Shown here: positions 35,559 to 45,708 of the stretch, piece after piece
Numbering within the stretch: position 1 is the stretch's first letter
Layout: each line of letters begins with the position of its first letter
Assembly: GCA_046484425.1 (NCBI GenBank)
Contig: JAWOIY010000183.1
Coordinates: 83 to 64,082, forward strand
Direction of reading: 5' to 3'
Length of the DNA: 64,000 nucleotides
From: Desulfobacterales bacterium
Lineage (GTDB): Bacteria > Desulfobacterota > Desulfobacteria > Desulfobacterales > UBA11574
Position numbers and translations under genes: made by a program
The notes under the pieces: model-generated
Database searches by the model: none
Seen by the model: the letters and a program-made list of their open reading frames with translations, nothing else
What the model was told of the DNA's origin: nothing

Positions 35559-36326
35559 TTATTGTTTTAAAACCTTGATTCTTTGGGCCGCTTCTTCTGC
35601 TTCACGGGCTAAAGCGCTGTTGGGAGCAAGTTCAGTAATCTTATGATATGCACGAAGCGCTTTTTCCTCGTCGTGTGATAACGTGTAAATCTTTCCGAGA
35701 TCAAAATATAACTGGGCAAATTCCGGATAATCCTTGACGGCCCTTTCAAGAATTTTAACCGCCTCTTCAATCCTTCCCATGGCGATATATGTTAGGCTAA
35801 GACCACGCATGGCATTGATAAGTCTGGGCTCTAAGTCAAGGGCCTCAAGGTAGTATCTTTCAGCAATCGAATATTCTTTTTTGTTATAGTATGCCCATCC
35901 CAAATTTGCCAAAGGCAGGTGGGGGGTGGCATAAAGCAGGTTTTTTTCAACCTTTTTGAAATATTCAATGGCTGTATCCCATTCTTGTTTGTCAAGATAG
36001 GCGGTCCCTAAATTGTTCATTGCAGGTGCGTAATCCGGTTTAATCTCCAGGGCCTTTTCAAAATGCTGGATAGCAAGATCCAGCTGTTTTTTGGCTTTAT
36101 AGGCAAGCCCCAGATCGTTTTGAAGAAAGGGGTCATCCGGATAAAGGGCTTTGGCTTTTAAAAATTCCCTCAATGCTGCGGTGTAATTCCCGTTTCTATA
36201 GTATGCTTCTCCAAGATTTCTGGCGGCCTCCCCCTGCTGTTTCCGCACTTCCAGATTTGCGGAACACGAAACAACGCATATCACCATTACCATCAAGACT
36301 GATTCATCAAACCAACGTCTATTCAT
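35559..36326 (-). CDS. TPR lipoprotein, PilW/PilF-like
   Basis: Lipobox VVSC and about six TPR repeats; 255 aa, convergent with pilQ. Size and architecture fit the PilW type IV pilus biogenesis/stability lipoprotein family. Confidence 0.65.
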   Translation of the reverse strand: MNRRWFDESVLMVMVICVVSCSANLEVRKQQGEAARNLGEAYYRNGNYTAALREFLKAKALYPDDPFLQNDLGLAYKAKKQLDLAIQHFEKALEIKPDYAPAMNNLGTAYLDKQEWDTAIEYFKKVEKNLLYATPHLPLANLGWAYYNKKEYSIAERYYLEALDLEPRLINAMRGLSLTYIAMGRIEEAVKILERAVKDYPEFAQLYFDLGKIYTLSHDEEKALRAYHKITELAPNSALAREAEEAAQRIKVLKQ

Positions 36327-38106
36327 TTTTTTTACCTTGAAAGTCGATCTGAATGATTTTTATATCTTGATCCGTTAAAAATTGAGCAACTTGGGGATGC
36401 AGCGGGGCACGTGTCAGAAGCGTCTCCGGTTTACCTGCATTGTCAATTAAAAAACCCGGGATGGTCAGTTGGGTATTATACATTGTAAGTCTTTCGGCAG
36501 CCAAAAATGTCGGATTTCTTGTAAACGAAGCGTCCATCGCGCCGAGAAGTTTTTGTATAATATCATTCAAGGTATCATTATCTTTGATCTGGATCATAAG
36601 ATGTCCATTCTTCTCTATGGAATGAACCGCCTCACCATAAAAATTTCCAAAATCGATAAAAAATGATTTGCCGCCGTTTTTAAAAGCAAGATTTGAAAAC
36701 CCATTAATTTGAACACCGCCATATTCAAATGAGATACTTGCATTGGGCGAATATTGATATCCCATGGCAACAAGCAAATCATTTACAAAGGCCTTATGAT
36801 CAGAAGAATAGATGTTTTCCAATCCGTTGGAAGCAATTTTGTGGCGGGATTCATGAGATTTCGACCCGGAATCATCTTTTCCGATGAGAATTTCTTTAAC
36901 AACAATATTATTTTGGTCCAGATAGCGAACGATGGATGCTGGTGTCAGCTCCTTGTAATCATCAATAAAGGTTATACAAAGGTGTCGTATTGCTTCTCCG
37001 GCTTCTCTGGGTTTCGCGATGATCCACTTTCCCCGAACGTCAACGTCCACACCATGATCCGAAAATGACAGACTCTGTTTAAAAACACCCACATCAAGGC
37101 TTCCAACCACCGCATTCAAAACCTGTTCCATGGAATCACCGGAAGATACCTTAATAATATGAACATCTTGCAAAAAAGATTTGAGTATCGGCATCTCAAG
37201 GCCCTGATTTTCGTCATCCATGGATAAAAAGACACGGGTTCCGTCCTCAAGTTTTATGAAAGGCGTGCGGGAAAGATCAATCATCAAATCTTCTTGACCG
37301 GTCCTCGGAAGGTAGTAATTCCCTTTATTAAACAGTTTGGCATCTAATACCGATGCGACTTCCGATAGCGGAGAACCTGAAGGCGTCTTCCCGATTTTTT
37401 CCAAAAAAAACGTCGGTGTCTTATCGTCCGGCGCGTCCGACGTATCGATGCCGCTCGGGATGTCATGGGCAGGTTCGATTTCGGCGAGAGACTGTGACTC
37501 GGGCTGACTTTGAATTTGCGGATCAGGCAATCGGATCATCTGTCCCTCATAAATGAGATCCAGATTTTCGATCTGAGGATTCATCACCCTGAACAGTTTT
37601 TCGCCGTTTTTATATGATTCCGAACCGTAATTTCCATATCTTTGAGTCATTAGGATGGATACGCAATCTCCGCTTTTGACAAGATATTCCGTTGAATTTT
37701 TGGTTGTCGCTTCAGGTAAGGCACTGCTGGTTAGAAACGGAATGGTAACGATGCTTGAAGACTGTTCGGGCAACATATCCCGATCGACTTTCTTCAGGGG
37801 AATAACGATCTGCTGTCCGGGACGAATTCTGTCTATATCGTGTATATGGGGATTCAATCGTTTGAATATTCGTAAAAATTCCGGGAAATCACTGTGGGAA
37901 ATTTCTCCTTTTTGTCTAAAAAGTTTAAAAACCCAATCATCTTTTTTCACAACATACGGATCACATAATATGTTCCATCCCCTGTCGTATCGGATGACAT
38001 AACTTTTATAAAAAAAAGCACCATAAGCAAAAGGGAGGAAAATCAGACAGACCATAATGATGAGAACAAAATAAATGAATGCTAAACGTGTTCCCTTGTT
38101 CTTCAT
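36319..38106 (-). CDS. membrane-anchored protein with two LysM-like domains
   Basis: N-terminal TM segment. LysM-like segments YVVKKDDWVFKLF...LNPHIHDIDRIRPGQQIVIPL and YLVKSGDCVSILM...MNPQIENLDLIYEGQMIRLP. The remaining ~350 aa are unrecognised. Confidence 0.6.
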   Translation of the reverse strand: MKNKGTRLAFIYFVLIIMVCLIFLPFAYGAFFYKSYVIRYDRGWNILCDPYVVKKDDWVFKLFRQKGEISHSDFPEFLRIFKRLNPHIHDIDRIRPGQQIVIPLKKVDRDMLPEQSSSIVTIPFLTSSALPEATTKNSTEYLVKSGDCVSILMTQRYGNYGSESYKNGEKLFRVMNPQIENLDLIYEGQMIRLPDPQIQSQPESQSLAEIEPAHDIPSGIDTSDAPDDKTPTFFLEKIGKTPSGSPLSEVASVLDAKLFNKGNYYLPRTGQEDLMIDLSRTPFIKLEDGTRVFLSMDDENQGLEMPILKSFLQDVHIIKVSSGDSMEQVLNAVVGSLDVGVFKQSLSFSDHGVDVDVRGKWIIAKPREAGEAIRHLCITFIDDYKELTPASIVRYLDQNNIVVKEILIGKDDSGSKSHESRHKIASNGLENIYSSDHKAFVNDLLVAMGYQYSPNASISFEYGGVQINGFSNLAFKNGGKSFFIDFGNFYGEAVHSIEKNGHLMIQIKDNDTLNDIIQKLLGAMDASFTRNPTFLAAERLTMYNTQLTIPGFLIDNAGKPETLLTRAPLHPQVAQFLTDQDIKIIQIDFQGKKNE

Positions 38107-39614
38107 ATCTTAGGAACCTCTTTGAGATTCAAACGTCTTGCGATCTCTTTGGATGTCTGTTCCACAAACCGATCGAAATCTTTGTCATGCAACGGCTTAC
38201 CCGGAGCAGGAACCTTGGCCAGGTTCGCTGGATGAACATAAACAGGTGCATTGACGAGTGCCGGATCTGGAGAAATATTGAATTCCGCCGGGAGGCTATT
38301 TTCAAAATACTGTTCCTGAAAACCCGAAAATTTGATGGCATGTGCTGTTGAATCGACGATAGCAATATCATTTTTTCCGACAATTTGCTGCTTTCTTGCC
38401 TGAACCAGTCCGGCAAGAGATTCGCCACCGTGGGTACATGCAATATGGCCGTTTCTGTTGGCCAAAAGCTGCCAGTCCATGATAGACTGTTCGGAAACCT
38501 CTACAAAAAAAACATTCTGCCTTTCCGATATACTGTTATACAGATCAACGAGATGGATCACCCTCGGCATTGAAACCGGGTTGCCGATCATGGCCGCTTG
38601 AGCAACGCTGGGTTTAACGATCACCGACTTAAATTTCCGCTTTGATGCATCCGGCTCAAGATAATATCGAAAAACCGGGTTGGCATGTTCGGACTGAACG
38701 CCTAAAATTTTCGGCAAAGAAGATATTATTCCGATTTCATAAAACTTCAAAAATCCGTTTAGCACAGCGGTAATATTGCCGGCATTACCAATCGGTAGGA
38801 CAATTACACGATTTTTCATATCGTATTCGAATGCCTGTGCAATTTCAAATGAATAAGACTCCTGTCCGAGAATTCTCCATGCATTTTTAGAATTGAGGAG
38901 TGCAACATTATAGTTTTCGGACAGCGCTTCGACCACCTTCATACAATCATCAAAAACACCTGGAATCTCAAACACAGCGGCACCGCTTCCCAGCGGCTGG
39001 GCAAGTTGCTGAGGTGTCACTTTTTTGTGGGGAAGAAGCACCGCCGATTTGACCTTTGGTTGAAGATATGATGCATACAAGGCAGCTGATGCAGAGGTGT
39101 CTCCAGTGGAAGCACATATGGCCAGCACATCTGAAACATGACCCTTTCGAACCAGAGCGTTGATATAGCTCAAGGCACTGGCCATACCCCGGTCTTTAAA
39201 GGAGGCGCTGGGGTTCTGTCCGTCATTCTTAAAATAGAATCTAACACCGGCTTTTTTTTGTAAAAAGTTATTTGCTTCAACAACAGGGGTATGACCTTCT
39301 CCCAGATAGACGACATCATCCAGCGGTATCATCGGACCAATAAATTCATGATAAAGATATATTCCCTTGAGTGCCGGGATGGTGAGCATCTTGCGATAAT
39401 CAAAAATCCTCCGCCACATGCTTCCTGGGATCTTCTTTAACTGTTCAAAATTCAGGTCATAAATCAGAAGCACTTTCCCGCAATCCGGGCAGGTATAAAG
39501 TAATTTCTCAATACCATATTGCCGGCCACAGCCAAGGCATCGATAAATCAATTTGCCATCGTGTTTCGGAAGTATGAAAGGTTTTATTTCTTTTGGAAAG
39601 TCTTCGGGTTTCAC
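38103..39614 (-). CDS. thrC: threonine synthase (long form with N-terminal zinc ribbon)
   Basis: CLGCG...CPDCG zinc ribbon, PLP-lysine motif SFKDRGMA and GNAGN loop; 503 aa. Confidence 0.9.
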   Translation of the reverse strand: MKPEDFPKEIKPFILPKHDGKLIYRCLGCGRQYGIEKLLYTCPDCGKVLLIYDLNFEQLKKIPGSMWRRIFDYRKMLTIPALKGIYLYHEFIGPMIPLDDVVYLGEGHTPVVEANNFLQKKAGVRFYFKNDGQNPSASFKDRGMASALSYINALVRKGHVSDVLAICASTGDTSASAALYASYLQPKVKSAVLLPHKKVTPQQLAQPLGSGAAVFEIPGVFDDCMKVVEALSENYNVALLNSKNAWRILGQESYSFEIAQAFEYDMKNRVIVLPIGNAGNITAVLNGFLKFYEIGIISSLPKILGVQSEHANPVFRYYLEPDASKRKFKSVIVKPSVAQAAMIGNPVSMPRVIHLVDLYNSISERQNVFFVEVSEQSIMDWQLLANRNGHIACTHGGESLAGLVQARKQQIVGKNDIAIVDSTAHAIKFSGFQEQYFENSLPAEFNISPDPALVNAPVYVHPANLAKVPAPGKPLHDKDFDRFVEQTSKEIARRLNLKEVPKI

Positions 39615-40885
39615 GGTTCTATTTTCTCCAGACCCCCCATGTAGGGCTTCAAGATCTCGGGAATAAGGACTGACCCGTCGGCCTGCTGGTAATTTTCAAG
39701 CAATGCCGCTACTGTCCGCCCAACTGCAAGTCCGGATCCGTTGAGCGTATGTACCAGTTCAGTTCCTTTTTTTCCTTTTCTTTTAAATCTGATATTGGCA
39801 CGCCTTGCCTGAAAACTCTCAAAATTACTGCATGATGAAATCTCTCTATAAATACCTTGTGCGGGCATCCAAACTTCAATATCATAGGTTTTTGCCGCTG
39901 AAAATCCAAGGTCACCGGTACATAGGGTAACAACCTGATATGGAAGATGGAGATAATTTAAGATCGCTTCGGCATTGTTTAATAGGGTCTCGAGCTCATC
40001 ATAAGACGTCTCGGGCGTAGTAAATTTAACCAATTCAACCTTGTTAAATTGGTGCTGTCGAATAAGGCCCCTGGTATCTTTTCCGTAAGAGCCCGCTTCG
40101 GACCGAAAACACGGTGTATAAGCCGTATAGAGGATCGGCAGTACTTCTTCATTCAGGACATCGCCTTTATGGATATTGGTCACCGGAACCTCGGCGGTGG
40201 GCACCAAGAAATAATCCCACCCTTCCAGCTTAAAAAGGTCTTCCTCAAATTTAGGAAGCTGACCGGTATTTGTCATGCTGTCCCTGTTGACAATAAAAGG
40301 CGGCAGTACTTCTTTATAACCATGCTTCATCGTCTGAATGTCAAGCATAAAATTAATGAGCGCCCTTTCCAGCCGAGCACCCGCCCCTAAATAGAGCGGA
40401 AAACGTGCGCCGGTAATTTTGGATGCAACCTCAAAATTTAAAATCTTAAGGTTTTCCCCTAAAGTCCAGTGTGGCAGTGGTTCAAAATCAAAAGCCGGCA
40501 AAGATCCCATCTTTTTGACAACAGGGTTTTCAGAACTATCCTTCCCGATCGGAACCGATTGATGGGGTATATTCGGTATTCTGAAAAGAATCTGGTTTAT
40601 TTGATCTTCATTTTCGGACAAATGAAGATCCAGTGCCTTGATTTTGTCACCGACATCGCGCATTTCAGCCACAAGATCATCCGTATCTTTTTTGTTTTTC
40701 TTCATGGCTGCGATCTGTTCAGTAACGACATTTCTGCGGTGCCTTAGATCTTCTATCTCCAGCAAAAGGGCTTTTCGTTTGGCATCACACTGTTTAAACG
40801 TTTCCAAATCTACCGTTTCACCTCTGTTTTGAAGTGATATTTCAACGTGTTCAATATATTGTCTTACAAATTTGACTTCCAGCAT
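39611..40885 (-). CDS. serS: seryl-tRNA synthetase
   Basis: N-terminal coiled-coil arm. Class II core ([29 protein letters not shown]); 424 aa. Confidence 0.95.
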   Translation of the reverse strand: MLEVKFVRQYIEHVEISLQNRGETVDLETFKQCDAKRKALLLEIEDLRHRRNVVTEQIAAMKKNKKDTDDLVAEMRDVGDKIKALDLHLSENEDQINQILFRIPNIPHQSVPIGKDSSENPVVKKMGSLPAFDFEPLPHWTLGENLKILNFEVASKITGARFPLYLGAGARLERALINFMLDIQTMKHGYKEVLPPFIVNRDSMTNTGQLPKFEEDLFKLEGWDYFLVPTAEVPVTNIHKGDVLNEEVLPILYTAYTPCFRSEAGSYGKDTRGLIRQHQFNKVELVKFTTPETSYDELETLLNNAEAILNYLHLPYQVVTLCTGDLGFSAAKTYDIEVWMPAQGIYREISSCSNFESFQARRANIRFKRKGKKGTELVHTLNGSGLAVGRTVAALLENYQQADGSVLIPEILKPYMGGLEKIEP

Positions 40886-40991
40886 AACAGCCTCTAATTT
40901 TTTAAACTTGATGCTCCGGTATCGCCCCCAAATTTCAACGGCGAATAATTTTCTTATGTTTTTATAAATATATTAACTGAAAAAATAAATT

Positions 40992-41146
40992 CTATATGGA
41001 TACTCTGGATGGGTTCACTAAATCGACGATCCAAGGTTCAAATAGCAATGAATGCTACTTGTTTGAACTTGATTTCTTGGACTCATATTGGAGACATCCA
41101 CAATCAAAAAGGGTTTTTGAGTCCTATCATGAGCATACCATATAGT
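40992..41146 (+). ncRNA. candidate 6S RNA (ssrS-like) upstream of the 5-formyl-THF cyclo-ligase gene
   Basis: Hand-folded rod: CTATATGG/CCATATAG (40992-40999/41138-41145), ATACTC/GAGCAT (one A.C), TGGATG/CATCCA (41006-11/41095-100). Then an internal bubble of 19 vs 14 nt, followed by CCAAG/CTTGG, GTTCAAA/TTTGAAC, TAGCA/TGCTA. It has the same position and orientation as ssrS relative to ygfA in E. coli. The strand is not fully resolved. Confidence 0.35.
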
Positions 41147-41162
41147 CAATGATTATTGCGAG

Positions 41163-41191
41163 TTGACATTGTGCAGTCAATTTTGTATATT
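41163..41191 (+). promoter_or_regulatory. sigma70-type promoter
   Basis: TTGACA (41163-41168), 17-nt spacer, TATATT (41186-41191); 40 nt upstream of ATG 41232. Confidence 0.45.
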
Positions 41192-41231
41192 ATAAAACAA
41201 TTTCAAAATATTCTCGCAGGAGAGACTATCA

Positions 41232-41819
41232 ATGGAAGACATTCGACGAACAAAAGGCGAAATTCGCAGCAATATTGCCAAAGCACTGGCCGAACTTTCC
41301 GATAGAGAGATCAAAGATAAAACCGATAAAATAGAAAAGCGGCTTTTTGAATTTGCCAATTTTCTGGAATCAAATATTATTTTACTTTACATCAACAGCG
41401 ACTGTGAAGTTAATAGTTTGAAAATAATAGAAAAATGCTTAAACTACAAAAAAATAGTCATTCTTCCTGCCTTTGATACGACAAAACATGAAATGAAATT
41501 GATGAAAATTGACAATATTGACACGGATTTAATACTTGGTCCGAGAGGCATCTTAGAGCCTGACGCAAGTCGGTGTAATGCGGTCCCCATCGAATGCATA
41601 GATATTGCAATCATCCCTGGAGTTGCATTTGATGAAAAGGGGGGAAGAATAGGGTCTGGTGATGGCTACTACGACCGGCTTATTCCAAATCTTCCGATTA
41701 CAACAAGAAAGGTCGCTTTGACCTTCGAAGACCAGATCGTTCCACAAATTCAAATGGAAGCCCATGACAAGCATGTGGATATCATTATAACGGAAAAACG
41801 AATCATATACAAAATATAA
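41232..41819 (+). CDS. 5-formyltetrahydrofolate cyclo-ligase
   Basis: 195 aa with family pattern GVAFDEKGGRIGSGDGYYDR. Confidence 0.85.
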   Translation: MEDIRRTKGEIRSNIAKALAELSDREIKDKTDKIEKRLFEFANFLESNIILLYINSDCEVNSLKIIEKCLNYKKIVILPAFDTTKHEMKLMKIDNIDTDLILGPRGILEPDASRCNAVPIECIDIAIIPGVAFDEKGGRIGSGDGYYDRLIPNLPITTRKVALTFEDQIVPQIQMEAHDKHVDIIITEKRIIYKI

Positions 41820-41857
41820 AAATGCGGGATCGATAAATGGAAACCGGGCATAAACCT

Positions 41858-42907
41858 TTAGCCTCTAACCTGCCCGTTTGGGTCCAGTATTTTTTCCAAC
41901 TTCTTAAGGTTTTCTTCCTGCCCGACAGCGATGACGGTATCGCCACTTTCGATAACCGCCTCAAAAGAGGGATTAAACAGCATGCTGTCGTCTGATTTTT
42001 TTATTGCAATGATAATCAGATTAAACTTCTGCCGAATTCCCGAATCTTTCAACATCACGTTGACGAGGTTGGAAGAAGGCGCCACTGGTATTTCTTCCAT
42101 TTGAATACCTTCCCGTTTGTAAGCAAGTGCAAGATCCAGAAAATTTGTCACTGTTGGGCGAAGGATTCGCTGGGACATACTTACCGCCCCCATATCGTAG
42201 GGCGATTCCACCCGGTTTGCACCTGCAGCCATTAATTTGGATTTCAACTCGCCATGGGATGCTCTGGCCATGATATAAAGTTTTGAGTTCAGCTGTCTGG
42301 CTGTCAATACCAGGAAAACATTGTCTGTATCTGTGGCCAATGCCGTAACCAGACCTTTGGCGCGCTGGATGCCGGCCCTCAACAAATTCGTCTCATCTGC
42401 CGCATCCCCCGAAATATAAAGTATTTTATCCTCATCCATGGCCGGAATGAGTGCCTCCTCCTTTTCGATCACCACCAAATCAACCGGCTTTTGTTTTAAC
42501 ATCTTGCATAAAATTCTTCCGATACGCCCATATCCGCAAACAATATAATGATTTTTCAATCGTTCAATTTTTTTATCCAAACTTCTCCTCCCCAATATGG
42601 TTCTGATTTGGCCTTCGACCATAAACTGGACAATGACACCGGCAATATACAAAAAATACATGACGCCAATGATAATAAAAAAAATCGTAAATATCCGCCC
42701 AAAATTACTGACTTTGTGAACTTCACCGTATCCTACGGTGGTGAATGTGGTAACGGTCATGTACAATGCATCTAAAAAACCCCAATCCTCGATGGTCATA
42801 TATCCGACCACTCCTAGCATAATAATCAGTAATAGCAGAAGGATACACAATTTAAGATGTTTTATGCTCTCCATAAAGTTGTTTTGTCCGATCCAGGGAT
42901 TATTCAA
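41858..42907 (-). CDS. potassium channel protein with RCK/TrkA-N domain
   Basis: Selectivity filter TTVGYGE between two TM helices. Rossmann-like RCK domain (IVCGYGRIGR). Confidence 0.85.
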   Translation of the reverse strand: MNNPWIGQNNFMESIKHLKLCILLLLLIIMLGVVGYMTIEDWGFLDALYMTVTTFTTVGYGEVHKVSNFGRIFTIFFIIIGVMYFLYIAGVIVQFMVEGQIRTILGRRSLDKKIERLKNHYIVCGYGRIGRILCKMLKQKPVDLVVIEKEEALIPAMDEDKILYISGDAADETNLLRAGIQRAKGLVTALATDTDNVFLVLTARQLNSKLYIMARASHGELKSKLMAAGANRVESPYDMGAVSMSQRILRPTVTNFLDLALAYKREGIQMEEIPVAPSSNLVNVMLKDSGIRQKFNLIIIAIKKSDDSMLFNPSFEAVIESGDTVIAVGQEENLKKLEKILDPNGQVRG

Positions 42908-43307
42908 TCTTATTTTATCGTATGTTTTGTATCTTTTTTCTAAATGTGGTAGAATATGTAAAATTAGGATAAAAAATCAAGTGCTTTATTCAATTAAGCC
43001 TTTAGGCGGGATTTTTCACAGCGTTACTTGATTTGAAAAAAGCCATAGCCGCTCAGCGATTTAATATAAAATACGCTCCGTCCCCAAATAGACCCATCCT
43101 AAACAAGCGAACCAAAGCCTTAAACGCTCGGGGGAAAAAACAAAAGGACCTTATATAAAACCATTTTATTTCAGGCTCTAAATTCTTGACGCAACGCCTT
43201 TGTTTTGATAGAAAATTTTTGTTAAACATTCAGATTTTTCCACAATTTGGCCTGGGCGAGAATTGAAGATGTTCCTATGATCCTTATAAAGATAAAGGGT
43301 TGCTGTT

Positions 43308-43964
43308 TTGGATGAAAATTCTTTAAAATACGAGCGTCAGCGTAAAGAGATGGTCAAAAGACAGATTGAGGCTCGCGGCGTCACCGACCCAAAAGTTCTG
43401 GCAGCCATGCTTAAGGTTCCGCGGCATTTTTTTGTTAGCGACGCTTTAAGAGATCAAGCTTATGGGGATTTTCCGCTTCCCATCGGAGAACAGCAGACCA
43501 TCTCGCAGCCGTATATCGTGGCAGAGATGACACAAGCGCTCCAACCCGATAAAGATGACAGAGTACTTGAAATCGGAACGGGATCAGGATATCAGGCTGC
43601 GATTTTGGCGGAAATTGTGTTTCGTGTTTATACCATAGAAAAAATATATTCGCTCTATACCAAAACCCGCAAGCTGTTTGACAAGCTTCATTATCATAAT
43701 ATTGTAACCAAATATTCTGACGGCACGTGTGGATGGGTGGATGAAAGCCCCTTTGATGCCATTATTGTTACAGCCGGTTCACCAGACATTCCAAAACCTC
43801 TCGTGAGCCAGCTTGCTGTGGGGGGGCGTATGGTAATACCCGTCGGAGATCAGTATTCCCAAGAGCTCATAAAACTCTACAAGGATGAACATGGAATTCA
43901 TAAAACGAATTTGGGTGGATGCAGGTTCGTCAAGCTTGTGGGTGAATATGGATGGAGACCGTAA
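43308..43964 (+). CDS. pcm: protein-L-isoaspartate O-methyltransferase
   Basis: TISQPYIVA and SAM motif [13 protein letters not shown]; TTG start at 43308, or ATG 14 codons downstream. Confidence 0.9.
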   Translation: MDENSLKYERQRKEMVKRQIEARGVTDPKVLAAMLKVPRHFFVSDALRDQAYGDFPLPIGEQQTISQPYIVAEMTQALQPDKDDRVLEIGTGSGYQAAILAEIVFRVYTIEKIYSLYTKTRKLFDKLHYHNIVTKYSDGTCGWVDESPFDAIIVTAGSPDIPKPLVSQLAVGGRMVIPVGDQYSQELIKLYKDEHGIHKTNLGGCRFVKLVGEYGWRP

Positions 43965-43967
43965 TTA

Positions 43968-44549
43968 ATGCTTCGCCGCCTGTATGACTGGGTCCTCCAT
44001 TGGGCAGAAACACCTTACGGATCATGGGCGTTGTTTCTGCTGGCCTTTAGCGAATCTTCCTTTTTTCCGATACCTCCGGATATTCTTCTCATCGCGCTGG
44101 CTGTGGCCGTACCTAAAAAATCACTGAAATATGCATTGATATGTTCAGCCGGATCCGTTCTTGGCGGATGTTTCGGTTATCTTATCGGGTGGCAGTTCAT
44201 GGCGTCAATCGGTACCCGTATCGTCCACTTTTATGGTCTGGCACAAAAGGTTGAGTATATTGAAATTCTTTACAATAAATACGACGCATGGGCTGTCGGA
44301 ATCGCAGGTTTTACACCGATACCCTATAAGGTCTTTACCATTGCCGCCGGTGCATTTAAAATCAATTTTTCCGTATTCATTTTGGCCTCCCTGGTATCAC
44401 GATCCGCGCGGTTTTTCCTTGTTGGAGGGCTTATTTACATGTTCGGCCCAAGTATTCAATCTTTTATCGATAAATATTTTAATCTTCTTGCTACAGCATT
44501 TACGGTACTTCTGGTCGCAGGATTTCTAATTATCAGGTATCTGTTATAA
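43968..44549 (+). CDS. YqaA/DedA-type (VTT domain) membrane protein
   Basis: SSFFPIPPD motif, several TM segments, 193 aa. Confidence 0.75.
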   Translation: MLRRLYDWVLHWAETPYGSWALFLLAFSESSFFPIPPDILLIALAVAVPKKSLKYALICSAGSVLGGCFGYLIGWQFMASIGTRIVHFYGLAQKVEYIEILYNKYDAWAVGIAGFTPIPYKVFTIAAGAFKINFSVFILASLVSRSARFFLVGGLIYMFGPSIQSFIDKYFNLLATAFTVLLVAGFLIIRYLL

Positions 44550-44698
44550 TAAGTTTGGAAATATGGCGAGTGTCATTTCCGACGGCAAAATTCCTGCCAC
44601 GACAAAGACAAACCGGTATTGCCAAACCCTATTAAATCTTGATAAAGAAAAGTGTTTGGGTTTTAAAATGTGGATATTCAAAAATTGGAGATTTACCG

Positions 44699-45649
44699 AT
44701 GAAAAAAGATATAAAAAAACAAGATCCCACTTGCAAAATCGAAGCTGAATCTTTAAGCAGGTTCAAACAACAACTTCCCGATATTACTGAAAGCATCATC
44801 GCTAGCTGCTACGATGAGGAAAGCTTCACCCATATCGACTATGAGCCGATCCCCTCCGAAGGATATGTGGTAGATATTATCCATAAATTAAGAGAAATCC
44901 TTTTCCCGGGTTTTTTTACGCGAGAAAAAATCGATCCGATCAACCTGAAATACTACATGGGACAGGCAGTATCGGTTTTATTTGATATGCTTTCGGTCCA
45001 GATCGCTCACAGCATTCGGCACGATTGTTTCAGATACGATCTTCCTTGCACGGAATGTGATGAACAGGGACAAAAAGTGGCCCTTGGTCTTTTGGAATCG
45101 ATTCCGTCCATTAAAAAAACCCTGGCAACGGATGTTCGGGCAGTGTATGAGGGGGATCCTGCTGCCAAAAGTTACGATGAAATCATATTTAGCTATCCCG
45201 GTATCTTTGCGATGACCGTATTTCGGGTGGCCCATAAGCTTTTTGAACTTCAGGTACCGCTTCTGCCCCGCATCATGACGGAACATGCCCACGGTTTGAC
45301 CGGCATCGACATTCACCCGGGAGCCGATATTGGAGAACGCTTTGTGATCGATCATGGAACCGGCGTAGTGATCGGCGAGACCACCGTTATTGGGAAAAAC
45401 GTTCGAATCTACCAAGGGGTAACTCTCGGTGCCCTGTCACTTCCAAAAGATGCCGGAGAACTGCTTAGGGGCAAAAAACGTCATCCAACCATTGAAAACG
45501 ATGTCATTGTGTATTCGGGCGCAACAATTTTGGGAGGAGACACCGTTATTGGGGCACGTTCCGTCATTGGGGGAAATGTTTGGATTACCAAATCGGTTCC
45601 ACCGGATACCAAAGTGATTATGGAAACACCGAAGTTGGTTTATCGATAG
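44699..45649 (+). CDS. cysE: serine O-acetyltransferase (long form)
   Basis: Left-handed beta-helix hexapeptide repeats [31 protein letters not shown]. Start at ATG 44699 with GGAG 8 nt upstream. Confidence 0.85.
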   Translation: MKKDIKKQDPTCKIEAESLSRFKQQLPDITESIIASCYDEESFTHIDYEPIPSEGYVVDIIHKLREILFPGFFTREKIDPINLKYYMGQAVSVLFDMLSVQIAHSIRHDCFRYDLPCTECDEQGQKVALGLLESIPSIKKTLATDVRAVYEGDPAAKSYDEIIFSYPGIFAMTVFRVAHKLFELQVPLLPRIMTEHAHGLTGIDIHPGADIGERFVIDHGTGVVIGETTVIGKNVRIYQGVTLGALSLPKDAGELLRGKKRHPTIENDVIVYSGATILGGDTVIGARSVIGGNVWITKSVPPDTKVIMETPKLVYR

Positions 45650-45708
45650 TCAACAATGAACCGGGAAAAGAATAAAGGATATCCGAACCGAACGTTTTGC
45701 CCTAAAGG

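Noticed and set aside
40886-41231. T-box leader for serS on the minus strand
   Set aside because: The conserved T-box sequence (AANNNGGGTGGTACCGCG, or its complement on the plus strand) is absent, and there is no terminator/antiterminator pair adjacent to the serS start.
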